Below are positions 39,881 through 53,399 of a DNA stretch of 64,000 nucleotides, piece after piece. The notes below the pieces were generated by a model, which did no database searches, had not been told where the DNA came from, and was given only the letters and a program-made list of their open reading frames with translations. The DNA is from Marsupella aquatica (Eukaryota; Plantae; Marchantiophyta), in contig OZ316891.1 of assembly GCA_973895155.1 (NCBI GenBank), forward strand, positions 19,183,048 through 19,247,047, written 5' to 3'. Both the position numbers and the translations under genes were made by a program. Numbering within the stretch: the first letter of the stretch is position 1; each line of letters begins with the position of its first letter.

Positions 39881-40992
39881 TGCTTTTAAAACACCAGTGT
39901 CATATACAAGGAAAGTGTGCAATACTTCTCTTTTTCACATCACTTTCTTCTAGGGTGAGACTTTGTTGCACAATTTCAATTTCTGGAAAAAATACTAATT
40001 TTTTGTCATGGAGAGTGGCTCTTCAAAGTTTAAAAAAAACAACATGTGCAGAAAATATTTTGTGGCGTTTCCTTGGAATTTGAGAAGAAAGAATATTAAC
40101 TTTTTGCTTTGCGTATGCCCTGCAGGGGCTAGGCTAAGATGTATGAGATAACGGCAGCCTGGGTTGGGTTCCTATCTTGTAGTCTTATGACCAAAATGTG
40201 AATAAAAACTGACCATCCCCATCACTTGGGAAACTTTTTGAAGCTTTCTGGGAGCAAGGTTTAGATAAGACCCTCTACCCAAACCTCCTTCGTCTCTGGA
40301 AAAAGACTATCCATCACAGGTTTTCTAAGTAGAGATTATGGAAGTAGCAAGTTACTGACTGCAATGGTGATTTAGTCCTACTCAATGGAGTGCTATGGAA
40401 CCCTCCATGAGCTTTGAAGAAGTCTTGCTACACTTGCCCTAACTCCTCTTAACTGCCTTTTCACCACAGTCAGAATCCTTTGGTGTAATCCTATAGTCAT
40501 GAGTTCAACTTCAGGACACTCTAAACTCTGTTGTGAATATCCGGTTTGGATATTTGTTATGCTGCAAGCTCCATACTGTCAGGTAAAGCCTGGACAGTGC
40601 TTTCAACTTTTGTTCTTTCTGAAAGAAGTTCACCATGTGCTGTAATTAAAGCGCCACTGAACTAATTTAGGCTCACTAAAATTCTAGGGGTACTTTGAAA
40701 TCCAAATTTCCAGTATAGCCTGAACAGCGCTATCAATTTTTGTCCCTTTTTTAAGAAATACAACGACATGCTTTGAAGCGCCACTGTTCATATCAGACGA
40801 CCTGGACATACCAGGTTTCACCACTTAAGGATGATTTTTCCTGAAATTGCGAAGAAGGCTGGCGTGGTAGAGGAGTAGTTGTAGCTCACTACCCTGTCCC
40901 GTATGGCCTGGACAATGTTTTCCAGTTTTGCCCTTGTGTAAGAAATTCGCCCTGTGCTTCAAGCTCAGTAAAACTTGCATGAAGACTAGCTT

Positions 40993-41180
40993 AACTGCCC
41001 ATTCAAGGTTTGCTCATTCCCATGGTTTGCTCATTCCCATGGTTGCTTTTTTTGCCTGTTGCTCACGCCGAAACTTGCAGCAATCCAGAGTCACTGCCCA
41101 TTCAAGGTTTGCTCATTCCCATGGTTGCTTTTCTTGCCTGTTGCTCACGCCGAAACTTGCAGCAATCCAGAGTCACTGCC
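40993..41180. repeat. ~85-99 bp near-perfect tandem duplication
   Basis: ACTGCCCATTCAAGGTTTGCTCATTCCCATGG...TGCCTGTTGCTCACGCCGAAACTTGCAGCAATCCAGAGTC occurs twice; the first copy has an internal 16-bp duplication. Confidence 0.9.
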
Positions 41181-42322
41181 TAGAGGTTTCATTCTAGATC
41201 ATAGACTCAAGAGTGAAGCTTGTGTCGCGAGTTAGATGGACACACCCTGGAGCAACTTGCCAGTGCTTCCACTTTCTGTGCAGGCTATGCTCTAATCAAT
41301 TGATCGTGTGTTATTGCATGGTGAGCCAAAATAGTGACAAATTCTTCCTGAAAGTTGGTCAGTTGAGATTTTCCATTGGAGAAATTCGTGTTATCCCCTC
41401 CTGATTGCCCATGTCAATGTGGTCGGTTGTCTTGAAACAAGCAATGAGTTTTATATCGGGGTGAAGAGAGAGGGTATCAAGAACAGCAAGACAGACAGAG
41501 GTATGAGAAGAATCGTAAAGACAAATCGAGCAGCTTCACAAGGGTTCCTAACAGTCAGCACACGTAACACCAGAGACCAGTCCTTCTAGGCTTGCACGGC
41601 ACAGTAGACAATATTGAACTGCCCAACTTAGTCACATTATATCTCCGACATGCAAGTCGAGAGACCCGTATTCTAAATATCTGCTTCTCTTGCAGCCAAA
41701 TGCTGCATTGTTTGCATTCTTTCATTCATGGAGGGGAATTCTTGCAGCTCAAGATGGTATAAACTGTGTCACGATACAGTGCAAAGGAGGAATGCTTAAT
41801 TTGGAGAACGAGTCTATCAAGGCGGGATGTTGATAGTCCATCCTCAGTCCCTTATAAAATAAAATTGCTTCAACATTTGTGTCTGTGGCATGATTTTGGT
41901 AAAATTGAGGACGCCATGTCGTAAATCGTGATGTAAAACTGTTTTTAAAATAACTATTTTATTTACCCTAAGTAACAGACTGTTTAATTAGTAGGAGGCC
42001 CACTTCCATTTTTTTACCCTAAGTAACTGCTGCCCACTCGCATTCTAAATTGTATTTCAATTGAATAATAACTAAATCTCTCTCGGCAAGTTGATTTGAT
42101 GACAAAGTAATCATGGCAATTTTCTTGACCTTCTGCTGCCACGAAGGAAGAAGTGGACATGATTCTATGTTGGATCACTCAGCACTCCTTTCCATGGCTT
42201 CATCATTGCAGTTCCTAACTCGGTGATGCCTTTCGCTACTGTTAGATTGTCCAACGCATGAGGCACGTGCAAATGAAAGAGAAGCAAGCTTAGCAGGGTT
42301 CAGTAAGGGTCTCGTCTACGTG

Positions 42323-42469
42323 CAGATGGTGTTGAAGAGCCTAGGCATGAAAGAAGGACATAGTTATAAGAAGTGTCAGCATATGATCAAGGGAGTCAAT
42401 GCGGACGTTAATGGGAAGGTGGACTTTCAGGAGTTCAAGGAGTTGATATCGTCTAAAGCTTTTCGTTAA
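42323..42469 (+). pseudogene. Calmodulin-like (CML) C-terminal EF-hand remnant
   Basis: QMVLKSLGMKEGHSYKKCQHMIKGVNADVNGKVDFQEFKELISSKAFR* matches the plant CML C-terminus pattern (VLxSLG.KEG....C..MI..VD.DGDG.V.F.EFK..M). The Ca-binding loop is degraded and no upstream EF-hands were found. Below the ORF-track length cutoff. Confidence 0.75.
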
Positions 42470-44054
42470 TAGGGGGTCCATGAACTAATTTAGTCTGCCT
42501 CTACATGTACCCTTGTTGGACACTAAAAGTGCTTTGACAAAGATCAAACTTTGCTAGCATGTTCTCAGATCTCTATCCAATTTATTACCTCACAACCTTT
42601 GAGAATATTTTTTAGATAATTTGTGCATTTCAATGAGCTCTTACTAGGAAGACTGTATCTTAAATCACAAAAATTTAGATGAGTAAGTCCAAAGATTGAT
42701 CATGTGGGTCAACTCAAAAGCAGGTATATAGCATTACGGCGTGTCAAAATTACCGCCATAAATACAGCTAGGACATAAGGAGTTACAGGTTTGCTGAACA
42801 CAAGCACCATAAGAATCTTAGGTGTAAAAAGTCATAACACTTTGTTTAAGGCTATAGTTGACAGTCATTTTTAATACAAGATATCAACAATATACGTTAA
42901 CAGGGCAATTTCAGGCATTTTGGTATAGTCCATGGCACTTTTTTCAGTCCATGGGACATGATGGACACTTTCATCTTAGGGTTTTCCATGTCACAATGTT
43001 GGCATTTCTTACAGGGTTTTCCATGTCACAATGTCCGAATCAACTTTACTGAGTTCTACTCTAACAAACGAATAGGGTCACATCCCCAGTTAGTCTGTCT
43101 AATCAAGTTTGGCAAACCAATAACACTTGGACCACTTTGGAGCACAGTTATGATTATGATAATAAAACACGGAACTGAACGTTATATCATTGCCCAGCAA
43201 TATACACCCAACAAAGTTCCGTATGACACTTCGTCAGTTGTCATAATTCCGTACGGAATATATGTGGACGTACACTGACAGGGACCGGGGCCCACACGGT
43301 GCAAATTGCACCACGGTATCCGATAAGCATTTCGTGCGTTTCCGATTTCCCCCGCTTGTTTTACAGTGCCGTATGGCGCTTCTGTTACAGTATGGCGCGT
43401 GCTTTACAGGAGGATCGAGGGCCAATTTATTAGCGTGCCAGAATGTCATCGGGAGGCGAGGTATTGGAAAGGTTGCAGCAGGTTGCCATTATTATTTTTT
43501 CCATGGGATGACCGGGTACGGTACTAGTGTCCGGTAGAGAGCAACCGGACTGACCGCGCTGAGTAACTTACTGTCGTTACACTCCCAGTGTGCCCAGTGT
43601 GGTTCCTAAGATGATTAAACTGAACCGTCGATGACGCGTAACAGCCCGCATTCCAAGGGCGGAACAGAGCCACGTAACCCGAGCAGAAAGTGTGCGCAGA
43701 GTCCTTTTACAGTGGTGTTTCTTTCTTTTCGGGATAATCAACATGGAACCTATAGATCCCTTCATTTACAAAAACGAGCCAAAAACACGAAGTTGATTGT
43801 GGAGTCCCTTGTCAGTGTCTTTACTTTAATTATGAAGTTCTCACCCTTTCTCACCGTAGATTAGTGTACCATTATCCAATGGTCATCATTCTGCCAGTCC
43901 ATGCTCACCCAACCCAGATGAACCTGAGGGTTCCTTGTACCCATACTTCCCATGCTTGTCCCTACTTACACACACATATATCTAGTGTATGTTATACCCT
44001 AACTAGATTCCATGGTTACCTTAACCATAGTTATCGTATAGGATAACTCGGACG

Positions 44055-44380
44055 TGTAGAGATTAACTCAGTCTTGGGTTGAACTATGGTTAGGATGTTA
44101 ACTAGGGTTAGAGTAAACCCTAGTTGAAGAGATTGATCCTTATCTCTTCAACTTGTATGTGGTGTGAGAACACACACAAGAGAGTTCTCAAGAGAAAACA
44201 CATGGATATAGCAAGAGATGAGAGCTTGAAGAGATGAGAGCTATGGTGATGCTTGAGTACACACATAACCGTTAATAAAGCTTTGTATTCCCGTGGACGT
44301 AGCCAACCTTGAGGCGAACCACGTAACTATTGAGCACGTGTATGTTTGGAGTGTTCTTCCTGATCTGATTTCTCCCCACA
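44055..44380 (+). repeat. 5' LTR of inner copia
   Basis: TGTAGAG...CCCCACA, followed by the PBS. Confidence 0.97.
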
Positions 44381-45551
44381 ATTGGTATCAGAGCTCAGAT
44401 TTTTCAGTCGATTAAGAACTCCATAGAACTTGCTTCAAGCAAAGCGAACAGCGGATGATTTCCTCTTCAAAGCGGAGCTATTGGAAGAAGATCGGACTCA
44501 ATCTTCTCACAAGTGTGGAGCACACAACCAGGGGCTCATTTCAGTGAAGCAATGAAGGCCTGAGGTCAAAAACGGAAACAATTGTAAGTAACGGTTTTCA
44601 AATTACGTTATCGGGCAAGAGATACGGTCAATTTCTCAGATCAGTCTTTTTGATTGTTCTATCGGGACTTGAAACTGAGACACGCTTGAGCGCCTCGTCT
44701 TTCTACACGTTTCGATATCAACATCGTTGGATTTCGTCAAACCGTTGAGAAGTAATCTTAATTTCAATTCTCATTTTTTTGAGCTCGAAATTTTGGCTAT
44801 GACGGATAACTTAATATCAGTCACTTTCACCGAATTGTTTCTCCCTCACTACTCCACCGTTTTGCGAGTTCTTTATATCAATCTTGATGCCCTCGAAGTC
44901 TAGTTTCTGAATCTGAAATCAGAATTGGATTTCGTCAAAAACTGAGACGGGAATTTGAGTGAATCCGCCGAGGGGTACTTTCTGCCGCGAGTAGTCGCGA
45001 CTTCCGCGGACGCGCGAGGAGGTCGAAAACTTCGAGGAGGCCTTTCTAGGGCTCGACAGGGCTCGGGCAGGGGGAAGTGCCCCCTGTGAAGTCCCCCACA
45101 GGGACTGTACAAGGGCGGACGGAATTTCCCGAAAAGATTCTTTTCAAGAGGCTTGAATTTTTACCGAAGGTCAAAGATTCCGAGCGGCAAATAAAATTGG
45201 ATCAACTTCAACTTTTGGAGAGGCGTACTTAGGGAAGCTAGGCAAGTATTGGTGCGTTCAATTCTGAAAAAGTATACTAGTGGAATCTTTGGCATAAGAG
45301 ATTCCCTCGAAGGGTAATTATTTCATCTTTTACCCCCCTCCGGTCGGAGTAAAAATTCTCGGCACTCGAGAGTCCATTTGACAAACCGTTTTCAGAATTC
45401 GGAGCGTTACCTTGTGGGCTACGCATAGGAGTGATCAGTTTCAAAATTCACCAACTTTCAATTTTGGCCTTATTTTCACACCCCACATCTGAGCATTCGA
45501 CATTTATTTTTTGTCGAAAGGCAACTCCACACTACATTTGGCATTCCAGCG

Positions 45552-48500
45552 ATGGCGACTACTAGGATTGGAGGTCAACGGTTTGAGGTGGAAAAATTTG
45601 ATGGTCGGATGGACTATACAATGTGGGAACGTAACGTGAGGGATGCACTTAGGGCGATGGGCCTAGGCAAGGTACTAAGATCTCAACCCAAGGAGATGGA
45701 AGATGATGATTGGCATGATCTTCAGGATCAAGCGGTAAGTATTGTTGGCATGTACCTGAAAAACAATGTGAAGAAGCAGTTCGAGGAAAAAGTAACACAA
45801 ACGGTGACGGACTTGTTTCAAGCATTGCGCAACAAGTACTACAAGAAGGAGATGTCAAACCGAATGTATGCAAGCTTGAAGCTCATGCAATTCAAAATGG
45901 CTGATGGAGTCAAGATTCAAGATCATATCGATCAGTTCAATGATCTTGTGGTTGACCTAGAGAATTTGGGGGAGCATTTGAGCGAAGAAAAGAAAGCCTT
46001 ACAACTCTTGAGCTCACTACCACCTTCGTACCAATCTTTGTCTCGAGTTCTTCTATTCCGTGATAAGACAATTATATCCTACAATGATGTGGTGAGTGCC
46101 CTGTTGACCGATGACATGCAGTCTAAGTTGGTTTCTTCAGCTCATCCTACCTCAACCTCATCATCAACAGCACTGTTGGTAGAAAGAGGCAAATCAAGGG
46201 AGCCATCTCATGAAAAAAAAAGGTTTAACCCACTTCCCATGGAGCGAGAAAGGTTCCACGACCGATCTTTTGGTAGGAGGAGGTTTAGATCCAGATCTAG
46301 ATCTCGATCCAAATCACCATCCAAGTCTACTCGTGAGATAAAGTGTTGGAAGTGTGACAAAGTGGGCCACATGAAGAAGGATTATCGCGTCAAAGACACA
46401 TTCAAGGAAGTTGCCGGTTCTTCAGCCCAAGTAGTTGTTCGAGAAGAGGATAGTGAAGGATTTGCATTGTGTATCACTTCCCAAGTTGAGGATTGTCAAT
46501 GGATCTTGGATTCCGCTTGCTCATATCACATGTGCTATATGCGTGAACTTTTCTCATCCTACACTCCTATCAATGGATCTGTTTTGATGAGAAATAATCA
46601 TTCTTGCAAAGTTTTAGGGATTGGATCCGTAAAGATTCAACTACCCGGTGGCAAGTACTGTACTCTATCAAATGTCAGACACATTCCAGAAATGTGTAAG
46701 AATTTGATTTCTCTTGGCTACTTGGATGCGAAGGGTTATCAATGGAGTGCAACTAATGGGGTGTTAACAGTCATGCATGGATCAACTGAAGTTCTTATTG
46801 GCAAGAGGAAAAGAAACATCTATGTCTTGGAAGGCACCACACTTCTTGCCGAAGTCAATTTGGTCACATCTCAGGAGGAGAAAATCAATTTATGGCATGC
46901 TCGGCTTGGTCACATGAGTGAAAAAAGTTTGGAAATTTTACACAAGCGACATCTCCTACCAGGATTGCAAGCATGCAAGTTAAGTTTTTGTGATCATTGC
47001 ATTGTCGGCAAGAAAACAAGAACTCCATTTCCGACTGCTATTCATCATTCTAAAGTTGTACTTGAGTATATTCATTCCGATGTGTGGGGTCCTGCTCCGG
47101 TTTCCTCACATTCAGGCAAACAATACTATGTATCGTTTATCGATGATTACTCAAGGTTTGTTTGGATTTATTTCATTGCCCATAAGTTTGAAGTGCTTTC
47201 CATCTTCAAACAATGGGTAGCTCAAGTTGAGACACAGACTACAATGAATGTGAGATATCTACGATCAGATAATGGTGGTGAATACACCTCTAGCGAGTTC
47301 AACATGTATTGTGCAAATAAGGGAATTACTCACCATCTCACAACTGTGTACACTCCTGAGCAAAATGGTGTTGCTGAGCGACTCAATCGCACATTGTTGG
47401 AGCGAGCAAGGAGCATGTTGAGCCACTCTAAATTGCCACAAATCTTTTGGGCGGAAGCTGTCAACATAGCTGCTTATCTCGTAAATCTCTCTCCTAGTCG
47501 GGCAATTACTTACAAAACCCCCTTTGAGCTATGGCACAATCGACCTGCTGATTATTCAAAGCTTAAGGTTTTTGGCTGTGAAGCATATGCACATGTTCCT
47601 AGCAACAATAGGACTAAGCTAGATCCTAGAGCCTAGAAATGCATTTTTCTTGGTTATCAGCGTGAAGTTAAAGGTTAGCGGTTATGGGATCCAGTTGATT
47701 GCAAGTTACTTGTTAGTCGGGATGTATCCTTCAATGAAGAAAAATCATTGAAGGAGGGGGAGATAGATCAATTCCCTACTACTAACAAAGAGCAATCTCC
47801 TCCTCTAGAGGATTTAAGAGGAGAGGATGTGTCAAATGAAGAATATGTTGACACTACTGTAAGGCAAAACACACTACAATCAGATCAGCCAGAGTCTTCA
47901 GTGCGAAGAGGAACTCGCAAACGTCAAGCCCGAGAAAGGTATGGAACTTGGCTTCCTTCTGATCAAGTGGATTTGGATGAAGAATCTATTGATGCATTGG
48001 TGACAAAAGATGGAGATCCATCCTCATTTCGAGAGGTCCTAGCTTCTATGGAGAAGCAACAATGGCAGGCGGCGATGCGCATGGAAATGAAATCACTTCA
48101 TGATAACAAGACTTGGGAACTCACAAGTCTACCTAGTGACAAGCAGGTTGTTGACAACAAGTGGGTGTATAGAAAGAAAGATGGACCCACGGAGGATGCT
48201 GAGAAGATATTTAAGGCTCGGTTGGTAGCCAAGGGTTTTACTCAACAGAAAGGTATAGACTACAATGAGGTTTTTTCACCCGTAGCAAAGTATTCAACAA
48301 TACGTTTGCTATGTGCTCTTGTAGTTTTATTTGATCTAGTTTTAGATCAAATGGATGTTGTCACGACATTCTTATATGGATCGTTGGATGAGGTGATTTA
48401 CATGAGGCAACCAGAGGGTTTTGTATAAAAGGGCAAGGAAAATTTGGTATACAGATTGCTAAAATCCTTGTATGGATTAAAGCAGAGCCCAAGGCAGTGG

Positions 48501-49586
48501 AACAAGCGTTTTGATGAATTTTTGAAATCGCTTGGATTTTTGCGAAGCGTGTACGATCCATGTGTTTACATCAGACGTGTGAACAACATAGGTTTTAAGT
48601 TTGTCATCCTTGTACTTTATGTGAATGACATGCTCATTGTAGCAAAGGATAGGGGCGAAGTTGATAAGCTTAAGGTCCAACTCAGTTCTGAGTTTAAGAT
48701 GAAGGACTTGGGCACAGCCAAGAGGATCCTAGGCATGGAGATTGTCAGGGATGTGAACAAAGCCAAACTTTGGCTGACCCAAAAAAGATATGCAGAGAAG
48801 GTGCTCTCAAAATTCAACATGGTAGATGCTAAGGCTGTGAGTGTTCCTTTGGCAAGGCATTTCAATATTTCTGCAGCATTTTGTCCATCGGATGCAACAG
48901 AAAAAAGTTTGATATCCAAAGTTCCTTATGAAAGTGCTGTGGGCAGTTTAATGTATCTCATGGTATGCACCCGATCAGACATAGCTTATGCCGTTAGCAA
49001 GGTAAGCAGATACATGGCAAATCCAGGAAAAGTCCATTGGGAAGCAGTGAAATGGATTTTGCGCTACATCAGAGGTTCCACTAAGAAGGGTTTATTGTTT
49101 GATGCAAGTTCAAACAATATGAAAGTGCTTCAAGGTTATGTGGATGCAGACTACGCAGGTGATCTGGATAAGAGGAGATCAACAACTGGATATGTATTTA
49201 CACTTGCTGGTGGATGCATTAGTTGGAAGTCTACTCTCCAAAAGTGTGTTGCAAAGTCTACTATGGATGCCGAGTATGTAGCGGCAGCAGAAGCAGCATC
49301 AGAGACCATTTGGTTGAAAAAGCTTGTCAAAGAGATGGGCTTATCACAAGATTCTGTGTATCTTCATTGTGATAGTCAAAGTGCAATTTACACTGCCAAG
49401 AATCAGGTGATGGATGACAGGGTAAAGCACATTGATGTCCGCTATCATTTCATCCGATAGGCATTATCGAATGATGAATTTGAGCTTGTCAAGATTGATG
49501 GAAAGCTTAATCCAGCGGATGCTTTTACCAAAGTATTAGACTCCAATAGTTTTTCAAGGCATTGTAATTATTTACAAATATTGTAA
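45552..49586 (+). pseudogene. Copia gag-pol polyprotein (gag, Zn knuckle, protease, integrase, RT, RNase H) with four in-frame stops
   Basis: Single frame of 1345 codons containing EKFDG, CWKCDKVGHMKKD(Y), WILDSACSYHM, LWHARLGH, HSDVWGP, RSDNGGEY, KARLVAKG, YV(N)DM and GYVDADYAGDLDKRRSTTGY. Stops at 47634, 47676, 48426 and 49458. Confidence 0.95.
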
Positions 49587-49778
49587 ATAGAGTTAACCAA
49601 GAAAATGTCTCTATATGAGTACTCCATCCGATGGCTTATCGGCTACGGCTTAGTTCTAGTTAACCCTTGCATTAGGGGGAGGGCCTTTTGGCCTTACTGT
49701 CTTGAACTTCCCGCGGAGGAACTTGTAAGGAAAAGACAATATTATGAACCCTCCCAAGACGTGAGTCAAGGGGGAGTT

Positions 49779-50104
49779 TGTAGAGGTTAACTCAGTCTTG
49801 GGTTGAACTATGGTTAGGATGTTAACTAGGGTTAGAGTAAACCCTAGTTGAAGAGATTGATCCTTATCTCTTCAACTTGTATGTGGTGTGAGAACACACA
49901 CAAGAGAGTTCTCAAGAGAAAACACATGGATATAGCAAGAGATGAGAGCTTGAAGAGATGAGAGCTATGGTGATGCTTGAATACACACATAACCGTTAAT
50001 AAAGCTTTGTATTCCCGTGGACGTAGCCAACCTTGAGGCGAACCACGTAACTATTGAGCACGTGTATGTTTGGAGTGTTCTTCCTGATCTGATTTCTCCC
50101 CACA
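49779..50104 (+). repeat. 3' LTR of inner copia
   Basis: Follows the PPT; 324/326 identical to the 5' LTR. Confidence 0.97.
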
Positions 50105-53100
50105 GGACGGAGACTATATATAGAGATGCACCCATTCATACTATAGAGAGGAATCTCATTATCATTTCCCGCATCATTCCTCAACACGTTATCAACACGA
50201 CTCTAGACCAGCTGAGCTTGATCATGAATTTTTTTTAGGAATTTCCCTATGGCTATGATGAATGAATGTTCTCTTAAGGATTTCCAAGTTATGGAGGAGA
50301 ATTAAATTGGGAGTGAGAAGGCTAGTAGTTTGAACCACCAAGAGAACATGAGTCACGTTGAAGCAACGACAGGATGTAGCATTGTGGTCGCGCCGAGAGC
50401 AAGCTTATGAAGGCTGTGATATGATCAAAAGAAATTTTGTTTTGAAGGGTGATTCTGAAGATCGTGTGGGAAAGCAGTATTCAAGGCAATGATTTGAGTC
50501 AAGTGGAAAGCTATGGCTGAGGCAAGAGAGATCGAGTTCAGCCGCGTTGCTTCCTTCTACCCAACCAGGCTAGATCAACCTAAATCACTCGAGGCGATGA
50601 GTTGAAGCCGGGTGGATCAAGAGCAAATCAGGACCCGATCGGGATCATAAGAAAATTTTTCAAAACCCTAACCTCATAAGGGACGAACGCAGGCGCCTTC
50701 TCTTTCCCTGAATTTCACAATGTTTCTCAACCGCTGACAGTTTCTTGTTGGTCGATCTGCGAGCCATAAAGGATGAAAGGAAATGCCCATTACACACGAT
50801 CGAGTGAAGTACAGGCATTACAAGAGCCCAAACATGGATGTTGAATTGGTCGTTTGCTGATTCAATGAAGATTCCAATAAGAGCCATTTGATACAGTCGT
50901 ATCAAATTGGAGAAGATAGAAGCAAATGTCATGGAGGAAGAACATCTTGACTTTGGTTGTGAACGTACGGGAGATGGCATCCAGCAAAAGGAACGAATCA
51001 TCATTGTGGGGTCTAGATCTGATATCATTTTCTGAATCCTAAATATGGAATGTTGTGCTTGTCCAAGAATGAGCCTGAGAATCTGATCGCAATCAAAGAA
51101 TGAGCCAAAGCGACAAGTGAGATTTCAAGAGACACACATGAGTGACTTAAACATGCAACATTCGATCTCAAAATCCTCGAGAAAAACTCGAACACCAGAT
51201 AAGTGCAACCCTCATTAAATGCACAGTATAGTAAAGAGTTTCTGAAATACAAATGCTTGGGTGCACTTATCCAAAGACAAGAGAATCCCATGTGTTTCAG
51301 TGCAAAATCTTCATTTTTGAAAAACTATCCATATATGCACATATTAACAAAGAAAATCTTGTTGACAACGGATGTTTTGCACTTATGGATAAACAAATGA
51401 AATGGAAAATGATAAGTGCACATTGCAAATTTACACAGCAATTTACATGGTTTACACATGTAAACACATCAACTGGTTTAGGGAAATTACATGTCACTTG
51501 TTGAATTTGCATACATTAACATGCCTTACATGTGCAACACATGCTTTACATGCATTTGATATATTTACATGTCATACCACCCTTACTTGACTTTGCACAT
51601 TGGAAATAATGGTTTTATACCAAATACCTCTACTTTTCATTTACAAAGTGGTTATTACACCCATTTCAATCATAAATGGTTTTTACACCATTTTACACCC
51701 CTAGTTTACACCATCAGGGGGAGTAAACTTTGGTCCATACACTTTTGTGTGTAAATTGACCATTTACAACTTTTACACCAATTGACATGGGTTTACACCC
51801 ATTTACACCCTACATTAGGGCAATATCTTACTTAAGGGTCTTATCCTCATGACCTTTACACCATAAACAACTCAAATGAGAGCTTTTATAGCCATTGTTC
51901 GGTGGGATGATAGTTTTTTAAGTATGGAATTAATACCATACCTTTAACCATGCTCTATGACCTAGTTTTTGAGGTATTTTGGTAAGGTATAGATTTTCTG
52001 AGATCCAATGATCGATGGCAGATATGTTTCTCACGAAAGATCCAGAATAATCTAAGGTACACTACTTCAGGTTAGTTCCATGACCTTAGTTTCCGGCCAT
52101 ATCCAAAAGCGGATAATCAATAACTCTTTAGGGGTTTAACTGTGAATATTTAGAAACCCAAAGTAAACTCAAATCAGAATGAGTAATGAAGGGTTAATAT
52201 GGGCAAACCCCATAACTTTGTCTGGTCCAATTTAATTATAGCTTTCAACTATAATATATGCATAAACTATAAAATGCATATTTAGGGGGAGAAAGTTTAT
52301 TTTCTCAAACCCCAATCACACTTGATTTACCCACTACGAGTACATTTTGGTACTTGGTCATTAAGTGGGATCTTTTGACTATCACTAGCTCTAAACTATT
52401 TTTATGCGAAGTTGTTTGACGTTTATGAATATCACTTTACCTCCGCAAGATAGCGAATCATTTTGAGCTAGCATTTCTCTGTGCTATGACACAATGGACG
52501 TTCAACTGAATGTTTGGATTCCACAGGGTTATTTATGAAGTTATATTGACTTGACACTTTTTGTCAAAATATGAGAACTGCATACGTGCAGGGCAGACGT
52601 GCCATATTATACACACCCGCTGGTGTTGTGAATGCACACCCTTTGGTGCTGCAGATTATTTTTCATATAAAAACTATTTGATACTACATGTTTTTGAAAT
52701 CTAAGATTGAGAGATTTCTTTGTGTGTCGACTACACACACTTGCGAATTGTGCATTTTGCACAAGAACCCTCTATTTAAGAATCTAATTAGGAGTCCTTG
52801 AACTCTAAGGGAGAGTTTCGATATTTGAGTTTTATGAGAATAATATATTCCTTGAAACCTTGTTTTGAAGGGGAGATCATATTTTTCGGACTTTTTACAT
52901 CCCATACTTTACGCACTCAGTTGCACGAGATGACATTATTTATTATTATACTTTACACTTTGCACAGATGAACCATAGACAAATGATTTTATGATAATAA
53001 CTTAATTACTAATCATTTTTTCATATATGTTTTAATTTATATTTGATGCGAGGATGTATGTGTGGATGTATGCGCGATGGTGAGCGATTTGGAGACATGT

Positions 53101-53399
53101 CGCGTTGTTGTTGAGTCGTTGAGCATACGACAACTTGGTCATTTTGACGGAGTGGAGTTGTTACTATTAACTCCACATACCACCGGATTCACTTGAAGAC
53201 CGATAGGCTGTACTCTTTTTCCTTTAGAGCCAAGATTTTTTTTCTCTGTTACTCTGATAGAGTTTTTTAGAGCTGTTAAAGGTTTTAACGAGGCAGTACC
53301 TTCCTCATTTGTACTCAAATCATGCCATGTTTATAAGCATGATAATCTAGTTAGAAGACTTTTTGTCTACATAATTATCACTATATAGTCAAGGGGGAG

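Larger units (their letters stand above)
44055..50104 (+). mobile_element. Full-length Ty1/copia LTR retrotransposon (Tork/Tnt1-like), defective
   Basis: 326-bp LTRs at 44055-44380 and 49779-50104 (TG...CA, 2 mismatches). TSD GGACG at 44050-44054 and 50105-50109. PBS TGGTATCAGAGC (tRNA-iMet) at 44383-44394. PPT AAGGGGGAG at 49768-49776. Confidence 0.97.

Noticed and set aside
43500-43530. Helitron 3' end (CCGGGTACGGTACTAGT)
   Set aside because: CTAGT is present, but no convincing upstream hairpin or matching 5' end could be identified.
47634-47678. Programmed stop-codon readthrough in the copia polyprotein
   Set aside because: The four stops fall inside conserved integrase, RT and RNase H motifs and accompany catalytic-site mutations, indicating decay rather than recoding.
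49605-49790. env-like extra ORF after pol
   Set aside because: Only 61 aa, runs through the PPT into the LTR, and has no convincing features.
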